Made by a program: the position numbers and the translations under genes
Notes under the pieces: generated by a model
Seen by the model: only the letters and a program-made list of their open reading frames with translations
What the model was told of the DNA's origin: nothing
Databases searched by the model: none
Shown: positions 1 through 8,529 of the stretch, in pieces
Position numbering within the stretch: the stretch's first letter is position 1
Layout of the letters: each line of letters starts with the position of its first letter
From: Bacteriovoracia bacterium
Lineage (GTDB): Bacteria; Bdellovibrionota; UBA1018; CAIPTA01
Assembly (NCBI GenBank): GCA_050246755.1
Contig: JBFWVL010000001.1
Coordinates: 1,728,001 to 1,792,000 of the forward strand
Reading direction: 5' to 3'
DNA length: 64,000 bases

Positions 1-1
1 G

Positions 2-1207
2 ATGGGCGTGATCGCGCTGATTCCGGGAATTCCCGCCCTGCCTTTCCTTGGCATCGCCGCGGGCTTGGGCTACTGGGCCTATAGCCTAGGTAAAGGAAAA
101 GAAGCCGCCGCCGTTACCGAGGCCGCCGCCGCCAAGGAAAAAGGCAAAGAAGTTTCCGAGAAGATCGAATCCCTCTTGCCCATGGATATTCTCGAGCTCG
201 AAGTGGGCTACGGCCTGATCAGCATCGTGGATCCGGAACAAAATGGCGAGCTGCTCACGCGTATCAACCAAATTCGCCGCCAGTTCGCGCTGGATATGGG
301 CGTGATCATTCCCTCGCTGCGCATCCGCGATAATCTTCAGCTAAATCCGGGCCAGTACAACGTGCTCCTCAAGGGAGTTTCGATCGGGCAGGGCGAGCTG
401 ATGGTAGATCACCTTCTCGCCATGGATCCGGGCAACGTGGCCGAGCCGGTAGCCGGCGTGCCCACCACCGAGCCGGCGTTTGGATTGCCTGCGCTTTGGA
501 TTTCCGCCAACAACAAAGACGCGGCCACCATGAACGGGTACACGGTAGTAGATCTCTCCACCGTGATGGCCACGCACCTCACCGAGCTCCTCAAGAAACA
601 TTTGCCGGAGCTCTTCGGCCGCCAGGAACTGCAGACCCTCCTCGACAATTTCAAGGAGCAGTACCCCAAGCTCGTGGAAGATTTGGTGCCGAACCTCATG
701 CAGCCCGTTTTGCTGCTTAAAGTGATGCAGAACCTGCTGCGTGAGCAAGTGCCGGTTCGCGATATGCGCACCATCCTGGAGTCGTTGCTCGAAGTGGCCG
801 CGCAGACCAAGGATCCGATCGCACTCACCGAAGCGGCCCGTACCGGCCTGCACCGTTCGATCACGATGCGCTTGCTGGGCACGAGCGGCGAGCTCGCCAT
901 TCTTACGCTGGACCGCCAGATCGAAGAAACAATCGCGAGCTCCATCGTGGCCACCGACCGCGGGCACGAACTGGCCACCGATCCCGATTTCGTGCGCCGT
1001 TTGTTGGGCTCGCTCAACATCGACGTGGCGCGCTCGCTCGAGCAGTACTCGCAGGCTGTAGTGCTTTGCTCGCCCTCGATTCGCTATCACTTTAAGAAAC
1101 TGGTGGAAAGATTCATCCCCAGCTTAATCGTTCTCTCCCATAACGAGATCGCGCCCAACGTGAATCTCAAATCGATTGGTATCGTGAGGTTGGAAGATGC
1201 AAGTTAA
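2..1207 (+). CDS. flhA: Flagellar export protein FlhA (5'-truncated at window edge)
   Basis: Last TM segment then the FlhA cytoplasmic domain (LELEVGYGLI, RIRDNLQL, EPAFGLPALWI, GYTVVD, VLSHNEI); directly upstream of flhF. Confidence 0.97.
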   Translation: MGVIALIPGIPALPFLGIAAGLGYWAYSLGKGKEAAAVTEAAAAKEKGKEVSEKIESLLPMDILELEVGYGLISIVDPEQNGELLTRINQIRRQFALDMGVIIPSLRIRDNLQLNPGQYNVLLKGVSIGQGELMVDHLLAMDPGNVAEPVAGVPTTEPAFGLPALWISANNKDAATMNGYTVVDLSTVMATHLTELLKKHLPELFGRQELQTLLDNFKEQYPKLVEDLVPNLMQPVLLLKVMQNLLREQVPVRDMRTILESLLEVAAQTKDPIALTEAARTGLHRSITMRLLGTSGELAILTLDRQIEETIASSIVATDRGHELATDPDFVRRLLGSLNIDVARSLEQYSQAVVLCSPSIRYHFKKLVERFIPSLIVLSHNEIAPNVNLKSIGIVRLEDAS

Positions 1208-2720
1208 GAAATTCGAAGCGGCTACCATGCAGGAAGCGCTGAAGGTCATTAAAAGAGAATTGGGCCCGGATGCCATCATCCTGTCCACCAAGCATCTCAA
1301 GAGTGGCTTCGGCTTGATGAGTAAAGCTTCGGTGGAAGTTACCGCCGCCGTGGCCGAAAAAGATTTAAAGAAGAAGAAAATGGCCGAGAAAGATCTGCCC
1401 CAGAACGTGAAAGAAAAAATCTGGAACAGCAAGGCGGAAAAACAGAGCGAAATTTACGATACTTATTTCGAGAAGCAGCTCAAGCGCGCCAATAAGGACC
1501 GGGTGGAAATCGCCGAGGCTTCTCGCCGCGCGAAAGAGCCCGCGCCCATTCAGCAGACGCAATCGCGCCAGATCACCGACGACCAGCGCGCGGCCGCGGC
1601 CATCAACGCCCAGCGCCAAGCGCAGCGCCAGCAGCAGCAGAGCGTGCGTCAGCAGATCATCGAGACCGAGCAGCCGCGCTATGCCGCATCTCCCGCGCAG
1701 GCATCTTCCCCGGCCACCGCCGTGCGCGAGCGCCGCTACATCGATATCTCCGACGAAGAATCTCCCGCCCAGGCTCGCGCGTCGATCGTTAATACGGGCG
1801 GCGAAAGCTCCTCCTCCGATACGAAGGTGCGTTCCCTCGAGAAAGATATCGAGCAGCTGAAATCGATGATCGGCGAGCTCGCTTCCGGCGCCAGCGGGCG
1901 CGAAGAGAGCGACCCCGACCTGAGCGAAGAGCTGGTTCGGGCCATGCACGACCTCGCCAATCAGGGCATCGAGAAGAAATTCGCCCGCGCCATAGTGCGC
2001 CAGGTTTCTTTCGATCTCACTCCCGAAGAGCGCGCTAACGAAGGCGCTATCATGGATAAGATCGCCTACTACCTAATGGAAGGCGTGAAGGTGCGCGACC
2101 TGCTCGACCACGTAGGCGCCGTTGCCGGCAAATCTACTTCCACCGCCGTGGCTCTCGTGGGGCCCACCGGCGTGGGCAAGACCACCACCATCGCCAAAAT
2201 TGCCAGTCTCGGAATTCTCGAGAAGCGCTTGCGCGTGGGCCTGATCAATCTGGATTCTTATAAAGTGGCCGCCGCCGATCAGCTCGCAACCTACGCGAAG
2301 ATCATGAACGTTCCTTTCCGTTCGGTAACCACCCGCGAGGAACTGCAGCAGGCGGTATACGATTTCGCCAGTCTGGATCTCGTGCTGATCGATACCACCG
2401 GCCGCAGCCAGAAAGACCAAGAGAGTCTTTTGCAGCTGCGCCACATGCTGGCCTCGATCGAGGGCGTACAAACCGCGCTGCTCGTGAGCGCCACCACCAA
2501 AGATACCGACATCACCGAAGTGGTGACCCGCTTCAAGATTTTCAATCCGGTAGGCTTGGTATTCTCAAAACTCGATGAAACCAGCCTCTACGGCTGTATC
2601 TACAATGTGCATAAGCGCAGCGGGCTGCCCTTGCTCTATTTCACCGTGGGCCAGCGCGTGCCGGAAGATATCGAGAAGGCCAGCGCAGAGCGCATCGCCG
2701 ATTTAGTTTTGGATTTATAG
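1197..2720 (+). CDS. flhF: Flagellar SRP-family GTPase FlhF
   Basis: N-terminal MQVKKFEAATMQEAL...ELGPDAIILST; G1 GPTGVGKTTT, DTTGRS, SKLDET, GQRVPEDI. Confidence 0.97.
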   Translation: MQVKKFEAATMQEALKVIKRELGPDAIILSTKHLKSGFGLMSKASVEVTAAVAEKDLKKKKMAEKDLPQNVKEKIWNSKAEKQSEIYDTYFEKQLKRANKDRVEIAEASRRAKEPAPIQQTQSRQITDDQRAAAAINAQRQAQRQQQQSVRQQIIETEQPRYAASPAQASSPATAVRERRYIDISDEESPAQARASIVNTGGESSSSDTKVRSLEKDIEQLKSMIGELASGASGREESDPDLSEELVRAMHDLANQGIEKKFARAIVRQVSFDLTPEERANEGAIMDKIAYYLMEGVKVRDLLDHVGAVAGKSTSTAVALVGPTGVGKTTTIAKIASLGILEKRLRVGLINLDSYKVAAADQLATYAKIMNVPFRSVTTREELQQAVYDFASLDLVLIDTTGRSQKDQESLLQLRHMLASIEGVQTALLVSATTKDTDITEVVTRFKIFNPVGLVFSKLDETSLYGCIYNVHKRSGLPLLYFTVGQRVPEDIEKASAERIADLVLDL

Positions 2721-2761
2721 TTAGTCGCTGATTCGAACGTTGAAAGTCCATGGAGGGACGA

Positions 2762-3625
2762 ATGTTGCAGTTAAATACGGGCGGAAAAATTCGCCGGAGC
2801 AGAGATAGAGTTGGCTCGGAAAGCCCACGGATGCGGGTAATTTCGGTCACCAGCGGTAAAGGCGGAGTGGGTAAGAGCAGCGTGGTGGCGAATCTCGCTC
2901 TATCGATCGCGGCCCGCGGCCAAAAGGTGCTATTACTCGACGGCGATTTCGGCCTCGCGAACCTGGATATCATGCTCGACGTTCGCTCCAAGGGGACGAT
3001 TCACGACGTTCTGCATGGCGGCCGTGACCCGCTCGATATTCTCGCCCGCGTGTGCCCGAACGTGGACGTGCTACCCGCGTCTTCCGGAGTACTGGAAATG
3101 ACCAGCCTCGGGATCGAAGACAAGAGCCGCTTGCTGGAGATTCTCCAGAGCCTCGAAAATCATTACGACTACCTGCTCATCGACACGGGCGCGGGTATCA
3201 GCGACGACGTTACCTGGCTGAATTCCTCCGCCAGCGAGATCATCGTGGTGGCCACTCCCGAACCCACTTCGATCACGGACGCCTATGCCTTGATCAAGGT
3301 GCTCAACCAGAAGCACAAGATCAAAGATTTCCAGCTGCTGGTGAATCAGTCACGCTCCGAGGCCGAAGCATTGCGTGTGTACCAGCAGATCACCGCGGTT
3401 TCCGATCGTTTCTTGAACGTGGCGATCGACTACCTGGGGCACGTGCTTTGGGACGATATGTGGACGCACGCGGTGCGCCAGAGAAAACCGATCGTATCGG
3501 CTTATCCCACATCGAATGCCGCTAAGAATTTTGAACGCCTAGCCGATACGTTTGCTAAGCCCCTCGAACGCACGGTTGCTTCGGGGAATGTACAGTTCTT
3601 TAGAGCACTGCTAGGGCACGCCTGA
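2762..3625 (+). CDS. flhG: MinD-like flagellar number regulator FlhG/FleN
   Basis: Deviant Walker A SGKGGVGKS, DGDFGLANLD, IDTGAG, PEPTSITDAY; lies between flhF and fliA. Start placed at ATG 2762 behind GGAGGG. Confidence 0.93.
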   Translation: MLQLNTGGKIRRSRDRVGSESPRMRVISVTSGKGGVGKSSVVANLALSIAARGQKVLLLDGDFGLANLDIMLDVRSKGTIHDVLHGGRDPLDILARVCPNVDVLPASSGVLEMTSLGIEDKSRLLEILQSLENHYDYLLIDTGAGISDDVTWLNSSASEIIVVATPEPTSITDAYALIKVLNQKHKIKDFQLLVNQSRSEAEALRVYQQITAVSDRFLNVAIDYLGHVLWDDMWTHAVRQRKPIVSAYPTSNAAKNFERLADTFAKPLERTVASGNVQFFRALLGHA

Positions 3626-3644
3626 ATTAGGAGGATGAGGGATT

Positions 3645-4460
3645 ATGAACAAGGCAGTTGAGAAATATAAAAACCAATCCGAGAAACAACCCCGTCCTTC
3701 CGAGAAAAAAATCGGGAAGAAACTGATCGACGGCCTCACCAAAGATGAAATCGTGGTGAAGTACGCTTCGCTCGTAAAATACCTCGCGCAGAAGATCGCG
3801 ATTCGTCTTCCGGCGAATATCGAGCTCGACGATTTGATCAGCTCCGGCGTGATCGGGCTGATGGATGCCGTGGATAAATACGACCATACTCGCGACAACA
3901 AATTCAAAACCTACGCCGAGTTCCGAATCCGGGGCGCGATGCTCGACGAGCTTCGCTCGCAAGACTGGGTTCCACGCTCCGTGCGCGAAAAGGCCAAGCA
4001 GCTTGAGCGCGTTTTCGCCCGGATCGAGCACGCCAAGGGCCGCCCGGCCACCGATACCGAAGTTTGCGAAGAGCTGAAGATCAACCCCGAAGAATACGGC
4101 GAGCTCCTGAACGAAGTTCGTTCCGTCTCTTTGCTCAACTACGACGATCTCAATAGCCTGACCAAAACCGATAAAAAATCGATGCTCGGCCTGATCGAGA
4201 ACGGGAAACTGAACAACCCATTCGCCGAAGTAAGCCGCACCAATCTCAAGGGTATGGTGGAAGAAGCCATCAACGGGCTTCCTGAGAAACAGCGCTTGGT
4301 GCTCGCTCTATATTATTACGAAGACATGAACCTGAAAGAGATCGGGCGCGTGCTCGAGGTAACGGAATCCCGGGTGAGCCAATTGCACACTCAGGCCATC
4401 CTGCGTCTCAAAGGAAAGTTAAAGAATAACTTCGACGAATTTTTACAGCTTTTGGCCTAG
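3645..4460 (+). CDS. fliA: Flagellar sigma factor sigma-28 (FliA/WhiG)
   Basis: DDLISSGVIGLMDA, FKTYAEFRIRGAMLDELRSQDWVPRSVR, region 4 LKEIGRVLEVTESRVSQLH; AGGA/GAGG RBS. Confidence 0.97.
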   Translation: MNKAVEKYKNQSEKQPRPSEKKIGKKLIDGLTKDEIVVKYASLVKYLAQKIAIRLPANIELDDLISSGVIGLMDAVDKYDHTRDNKFKTYAEFRIRGAMLDELRSQDWVPRSVREKAKQLERVFARIEHAKGRPATDTEVCEELKINPEEYGELLNEVRSVSLLNYDDLNSLTKTDKKSMLGLIENGKLNNPFAEVSRTNLKGMVEEAINGLPEKQRLVLALYYYEDMNLKEIGRVLEVTESRVSQLHTQAILRLKGKLKNNFDEFLQLLA

Positions 4461-4527
4461 GCCAGAATGGTCTCCGCCGCGTAAAGAAGCGGCGGAGATT
4501 TTTAACCGATATCGCATTCTCAATGGA

Positions 4528-5535
4528 GTGAGCTTGCAGCGGCAACAGATAAAAGAGCAATTAGGAGCCCTCGAGGAGCAGTTAGAACTGCTGGGTAGCC
4601 GCGCGCGCACCGAAACCCTCGAAGCCTTCCAGAGCCTGCACGAGCTCATTCACAGTGATTCTCTCCGCAAAAGTCTTTCCGCTTCGGATTTTCTTACCCG
4701 TATTACCGCCGTGCTTGTGCAAGAGGCTTCGGCGCAGGGCTACGAAATCGCCGTGTCCCACTATGGCGAGGGACGAATTTCGGCTGAAATGGTGGAAGTT
4801 TCAATGGGCGCCATCATGGCCTGCCTGAAAGCTTCCCTCCGCTCTTTCCGCGGGATGGGAAAAGCACAGCGCTTGCAACACCACCTCTTTCGCACCTATT
4901 CCGTCTACATCGAAGTGCGGGCCACTAGCGATGGCGTACACTTCCGTCTGATCGACGACGGCAAAGGCTATTCCGGCGGCTTCATCACCGAGCTCGATTC
5001 TGAAACCCAGTTCCAGAAACTGCGATCGCAAGTGGCGGCGCACGGCGGCTGGTTCGCGCGCCATTCTTTCCAGAACTTTGGCGGTGCGATCGAATTCAAG
5101 GTTCCCGTTCCGCGCGCCCGATTCGAATGCCTGGTGTTGCGCCAAGGAGCCGTTGAGCTGCTGTTGCCCGAGTCTTACTGCACCAAGCTGGTAAATATCC
5201 ACGCGGAAGGCCTGCCCTGCGCCGATGGCGACATCGTCACTCTTCTTTGCGCCACCGAAGGCTTACGTGTTCCAGCGGAGGGCGAGAATATCGCGCCGGT
5301 TTATGCCGTGCAGGTATCGGTGGCCGATTTCCAGTTTTGGATTCTCTGCGAGTCGGCGGCGGCCCGGGTAAAAACGCGGCGCTATTCCTGCGCGGATTTT
5401 TTGGAAGAAGGAACTTGGTTCGAGAATCTTGGCCTTTATCCTAGCAGTGGGGCGCTGAATGCGTTGCCGCTGCTCGAGGGAGAGAATTTAATGCGGCTTT
5501 ATAGCCGTTGGGAGGCCGCGCGTGCGAGCATCTAG
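4528..5535 (+). CDS. Degenerate CheA-like protein (P3-P4-P5-like remnants, probably catalytically inactive)
   Basis: HATPase-like G1 box (FRLIDDGKG), VAAHGG...FGGAIEFKVP and a CheW-like continuation (CLVLRQGAVELLLP); no Hpt domain and no N-box Asn. Confidence 0.55.
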   Translation: MSLQRQQIKEQLGALEEQLELLGSRARTETLEAFQSLHELIHSDSLRKSLSASDFLTRITAVLVQEASAQGYEIAVSHYGEGRISAEMVEVSMGAIMACLKASLRSFRGMGKAQRLQHHLFRTYSVYIEVRATSDGVHFRLIDDGKGYSGGFITELDSETQFQKLRSQVAAHGGWFARHSFQNFGGAIEFKVPVPRARFECLVLRQGAVELLLPESYCTKLVNIHAEGLPCADGDIVTLLCATEGLRVPAEGENIAPVYAVQVSVADFQFWILCESAAARVKTRRYSCADFLEEGTWFENLGLYPSSGALNALPLLEGENLMRLYSRWEAARASI

Positions 5536-7819
5536 GATCCATTTTACTTTTTCGGCCTGTATCGTAGGGGCTTTCGTGGTCACGCTCTTTCTCACCCTCG
5601 CCGGATTTTTCCGCTCGGTGGAAAAAAATTCCGCGATGGGATCGGGAGAAAACCGCATCGTGGCGCAGCTGAAGGGTTTCCAGGAGCAGCTCAAGCAATC
5701 CCAAGAACCGGAAGACGTGAAGCGCAGCCTGAAATCCTTTGATCTTTCCTCGGGCTTTGGCCCCGAGAGCCAGGTAGGGAAAGACCTCCGCAAGGCGTAT
5801 GCGCCCGTGATGACTAATTTTGCGAATAAGCCCCGCGAAGCGGAGGCCCGCTACCTGCTCGGTAAGAAGCGCGAGCTCATGGAAACTTTGGTGAACGCCT
5901 ACCGCAAAGAGATTCCCCGCGGCGACATCCGTCTCCGCGCGATCTACCTGAATATCCTCTTCGATACCCAGAATAGCCTCCTCAACGAAAGCGATGAGAC
6001 CGAGGAAGTATATATCCGCCGCAACAAAGAGCGAATGGCTTCGCTGCGCCCCCTCGTGGCTGGTGCCGGTGATCCCACCCTCGCGCCCCGCGTGGCCGCG
6101 CTCGAATCATTATTCACCAGCTACGAAAAAGCATATAACCAGGCCTCCGAATGGCGCCGGCAGAAAAACGAGTTGCTCGAGCGGGCAGAGAAGGCGATTC
6201 CAAAAACGGCGCACGATCTTTACCAAGCTCAAGATACGGGCACCGAAGACTTCCGCCGTTCCTTCCTCTATTCCTGCGTGCTGGGCCTCCTCGTGGCTTG
6301 CGGTTCGGTAGTGGCTCTGCTTGTGGCGCATAAAATCGCGCGCCTCCAATTTGAGACCCGCAGCGGCGCCCTCGTGGCTTACCTCAAGGAATTCGGACGG
6401 GAGCGCACGGATCCTCAATCGGAAAAAGCCGCGGAGCTACTGCAGGAAGATGCCGATTGGGCCGCGATCTACCAGAAGACCAAGGCGGCCGAGGAGGAGT
6501 TCGTGGTGGAATACCAGACTCACCTCGCGCTCTCTAAATCTCTCGAGCTCCCGTACTTCGTGTTCACCAAAGACCGAGTGGCGAAGCTCTGGAACGCCGA
6601 AGCGGGTGCCTTATTCGGCCTTGAGGCCGGCATGACCCCCTCGATCGACGATTTGATCCACGAAGGACGCATTGCCGTGCGCGAAGGCGAAGTCGGCGTA
6701 CTCACCGAGCTTGTGCGCGGATCCTTCGCGCTGCCGCAAACCGATGCTTTCGAGTTTTTGGTACGAAAGGGTGATGAGCTGATTCCCGTGGAATTGATCT
6801 CTAGCCCCATTGTGAGTGGCCGGGCCGCCGGCGGAAAAGTATATTGCCTGCGCGAGATCCGCAACGAGGCCGCCCGCATCGACCGTGCCGTGGCCGTGCA
6901 GATGGCTCGCGTGCGCGAGTTCGTGCAGAAGGTTTCCAATTTCTATCCCGCCGAGCTCGTTTCGGGCGAAAAAGACTCTCCGGCCGTGCGCGATATGACC
7001 GCCGATCTCAATAACATGAAGCAGAAGATCGACGAGCGCGAGCACCTCTGGAAGAGCGAGACCGGCGCCCTCATCGATCAGATAGAGCGTCAGAAAGAGA
7101 TCCTGCAGAAAATTACCAGCGAGCTTACGGCAATCCGCAAGGGCCACAGCGAGGTTCTCGGCCTCGTGCGTGCCGTGCACACCACCGACGGAGATTTCTT
7201 TTCTGAAGTTTGCACCCTCGAGCGCGACGTGCAGCGCTGGCGGGCCAACCGCACCCACTTGCTTTCGGATCTCGCGAGCTACGAGAAGGTGGTTACCACT
7301 GCCACCACTTATGAGCAGGAACTTCGCGGCGCCACGAAGGAAATGTCTGATTTTCTGAAAGAGTACGAAACCGCCCAGAAAGCTTTGGGCGCCTTCGCGG
7401 ACGAAGCCAAGGTTCGCGCCGTAAACCTGGGCCTTACCGAAGATAGCGCGCAGTGGGAGTATGCCGATCACGCGCGCGCCTACGCCGACTCTCTCCAGCG
7501 ATTCATCGCGAGCACTTCGGAGCTCGTGGCTAAGGTGAACGAGTTCATGCAAAGCCATCCGGCGGGATCCATGGCCGCGCACCTCGGCGGCAAGAAGATC
7601 GATACCTCCCTCCTCGGCACCATCGGCGAGGAACAGGATCGCTTGGCCGAGTTCTTCCAGCGCTGGAAGGAATCGGGGGCAGGCTTGGTAGAAGGCGGGG
7701 AGCAGGCGCTCGGGCTGCTGCAGGCCGTGGATAAGAAGGGTGCCCTGGCCGCCCAGCTCAACGATACCGTGCTGCTCATCAACGAGCAGGCGAAGGGCAA
7801 CCTCAGCCGCTGGAACTAA
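5522..7819 (+). CDS. Membrane protein with periplasmic helical domain, PAS-like domain and degenerate MCP-like coiled coil
   Basis: Two TM helices, PAS-like segment (PYFVFTKDRVAKLWNAEAGALFG...IPVELISSPI), long heptad-rich C-terminus; overlaps the upstream gene by 14 bp. Confidence 0.6.
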   Translation: MRASRIHFTFSACIVGAFVVTLFLTLAGFFRSVEKNSAMGSGENRIVAQLKGFQEQLKQSQEPEDVKRSLKSFDLSSGFGPESQVGKDLRKAYAPVMTNFANKPREAEARYLLGKKRELMETLVNAYRKEIPRGDIRLRAIYLNILFDTQNSLLNESDETEEVYIRRNKERMASLRPLVAGAGDPTLAPRVAALESLFTSYEKAYNQASEWRRQKNELLERAEKAIPKTAHDLYQAQDTGTEDFRRSFLYSCVLGLLVACGSVVALLVAHKIARLQFETRSGALVAYLKEFGRERTDPQSEKAAELLQEDADWAAIYQKTKAAEEEFVVEYQTHLALSKSLELPYFVFTKDRVAKLWNAEAGALFGLEAGMTPSIDDLIHEGRIAVREGEVGVLTELVRGSFALPQTDAFEFLVRKGDELIPVELISSPIVSGRAAGGKVYCLREIRNEAARIDRAVAVQMARVREFVQKVSNFYPAELVSGEKDSPAVRDMTADLNNMKQKIDEREHLWKSETGALIDQIERQKEILQKITSELTAIRKGHSEVLGLVRAVHTTDGDFFSEVCTLERDVQRWRANRTHLLSDLASYEKVVTTATTYEQELRGATKEMSDFLKEYETAQKALGAFADEAKVRAVNLGLTEDSAQWEYADHARAYADSLQRFIASTSELVAKVNEFMQSHPAGSMAAHLGGKKIDTSLLGTIGEEQDRLAEFFQRWKESGAGLVEGGEQALGLLQAVDKKGALAAQLNDTVLLINEQAKGNLSRWN

Positions 7820-8438
7820 GCAGGGCTTCTAATTTTTGGAGAATTTCTTGGGCATTTCCGTGCAAGGAGCTCTCATCGGTTTCATTCGCAATTAGATAAT
7901 CCGCGCGCTTCATCTTTTCGGCCTGGGGCATCTGGCTCCGCAAAAGTTTCTCGGCCTGTTCTTTTGAGCAATGATCCCGCTTCATGGTGCGCTCGATACG
8001 CACTTCGTCGGGAGCATGCACCGTGATCACCAGATCGAGTTGCTTCTCGGATTTTGCTTCAAAAAGCAAAGGAGCTTCGTAGAACACGATTTTTTTTCCC
8101 GAAGCAAACAAGGCGTCCGCTTTTTCTTTCGAGAGGGCCTGAATTTTCGGGTGCATGATGGCCTCTAGCTTCAGCCGCAGCGCGGGATCGCGGGTGATTT
8201 CCGCGCGCATAAAGCCCCGGTCCAGCGAACCATCGGCCGCGATCGCGCGTGCGCCAAAAACGTTTTGGATTTCTCCTAAAGCGGGGCCACCTGGTTGCGT
8301 GAGCTCCCGATTGATTTCGTCGGCGCTGAGCACGGGATACCCGGCTTCCGCGAAAAAACGGCTCACGGTGGATTTTCCCGAGCCGATTCCCCCGGTAATA
8401 CCCACCCAAAGGTGTTTAGGCTTGGCTTCTTTTTTCAT
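7803..8438 (-). CDS. coaE: Dephospho-CoA kinase
   Basis: VGITGGIGSGKSTV, LDR, LEAIMHP, YEAPLLFE, SQMP...ADYLIAN. Confidence 0.96.
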   Translation of the reverse strand: MKKEAKPKHLWVGITGGIGSGKSTVSRFFAEAGYPVLSADEINRELTQPGGPALGEIQNVFGARAIAADGSLDRGFMRAEITRDPALRLKLEAIMHPKIQALSKEKADALFASGKKIVFYEAPLLFEAKSEKQLDLVITVHAPDEVRIERTMKRDHCSKEQAEKLLRSQMPQAEKMKRADYLIANETDESSLHGNAQEILQKLEALLSSSG

Positions 8439-8529
8439 CACTACACGCTAGCCTCGCAGAAGGTGCTTCGGTAAGCCCCGGAGAATGCCGATACATATGA
8501 TACTATAGAAGAATTAGGCCAAATTTACT

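Noticed and set aside
1600-1660. CAG-rich Gln tract in flhF as a contingency repeat
   Set aside because: Short, imperfect and in-frame within the naturally variable FlhF linker.
8472-8494. Sigma-28 promoter (GCCGATAC) before the 7TM-HD gene, and TCCGATAC at 16406
   Set aside because: Good -10 boxes but no TAAA-like -35 at 15-nt spacing.
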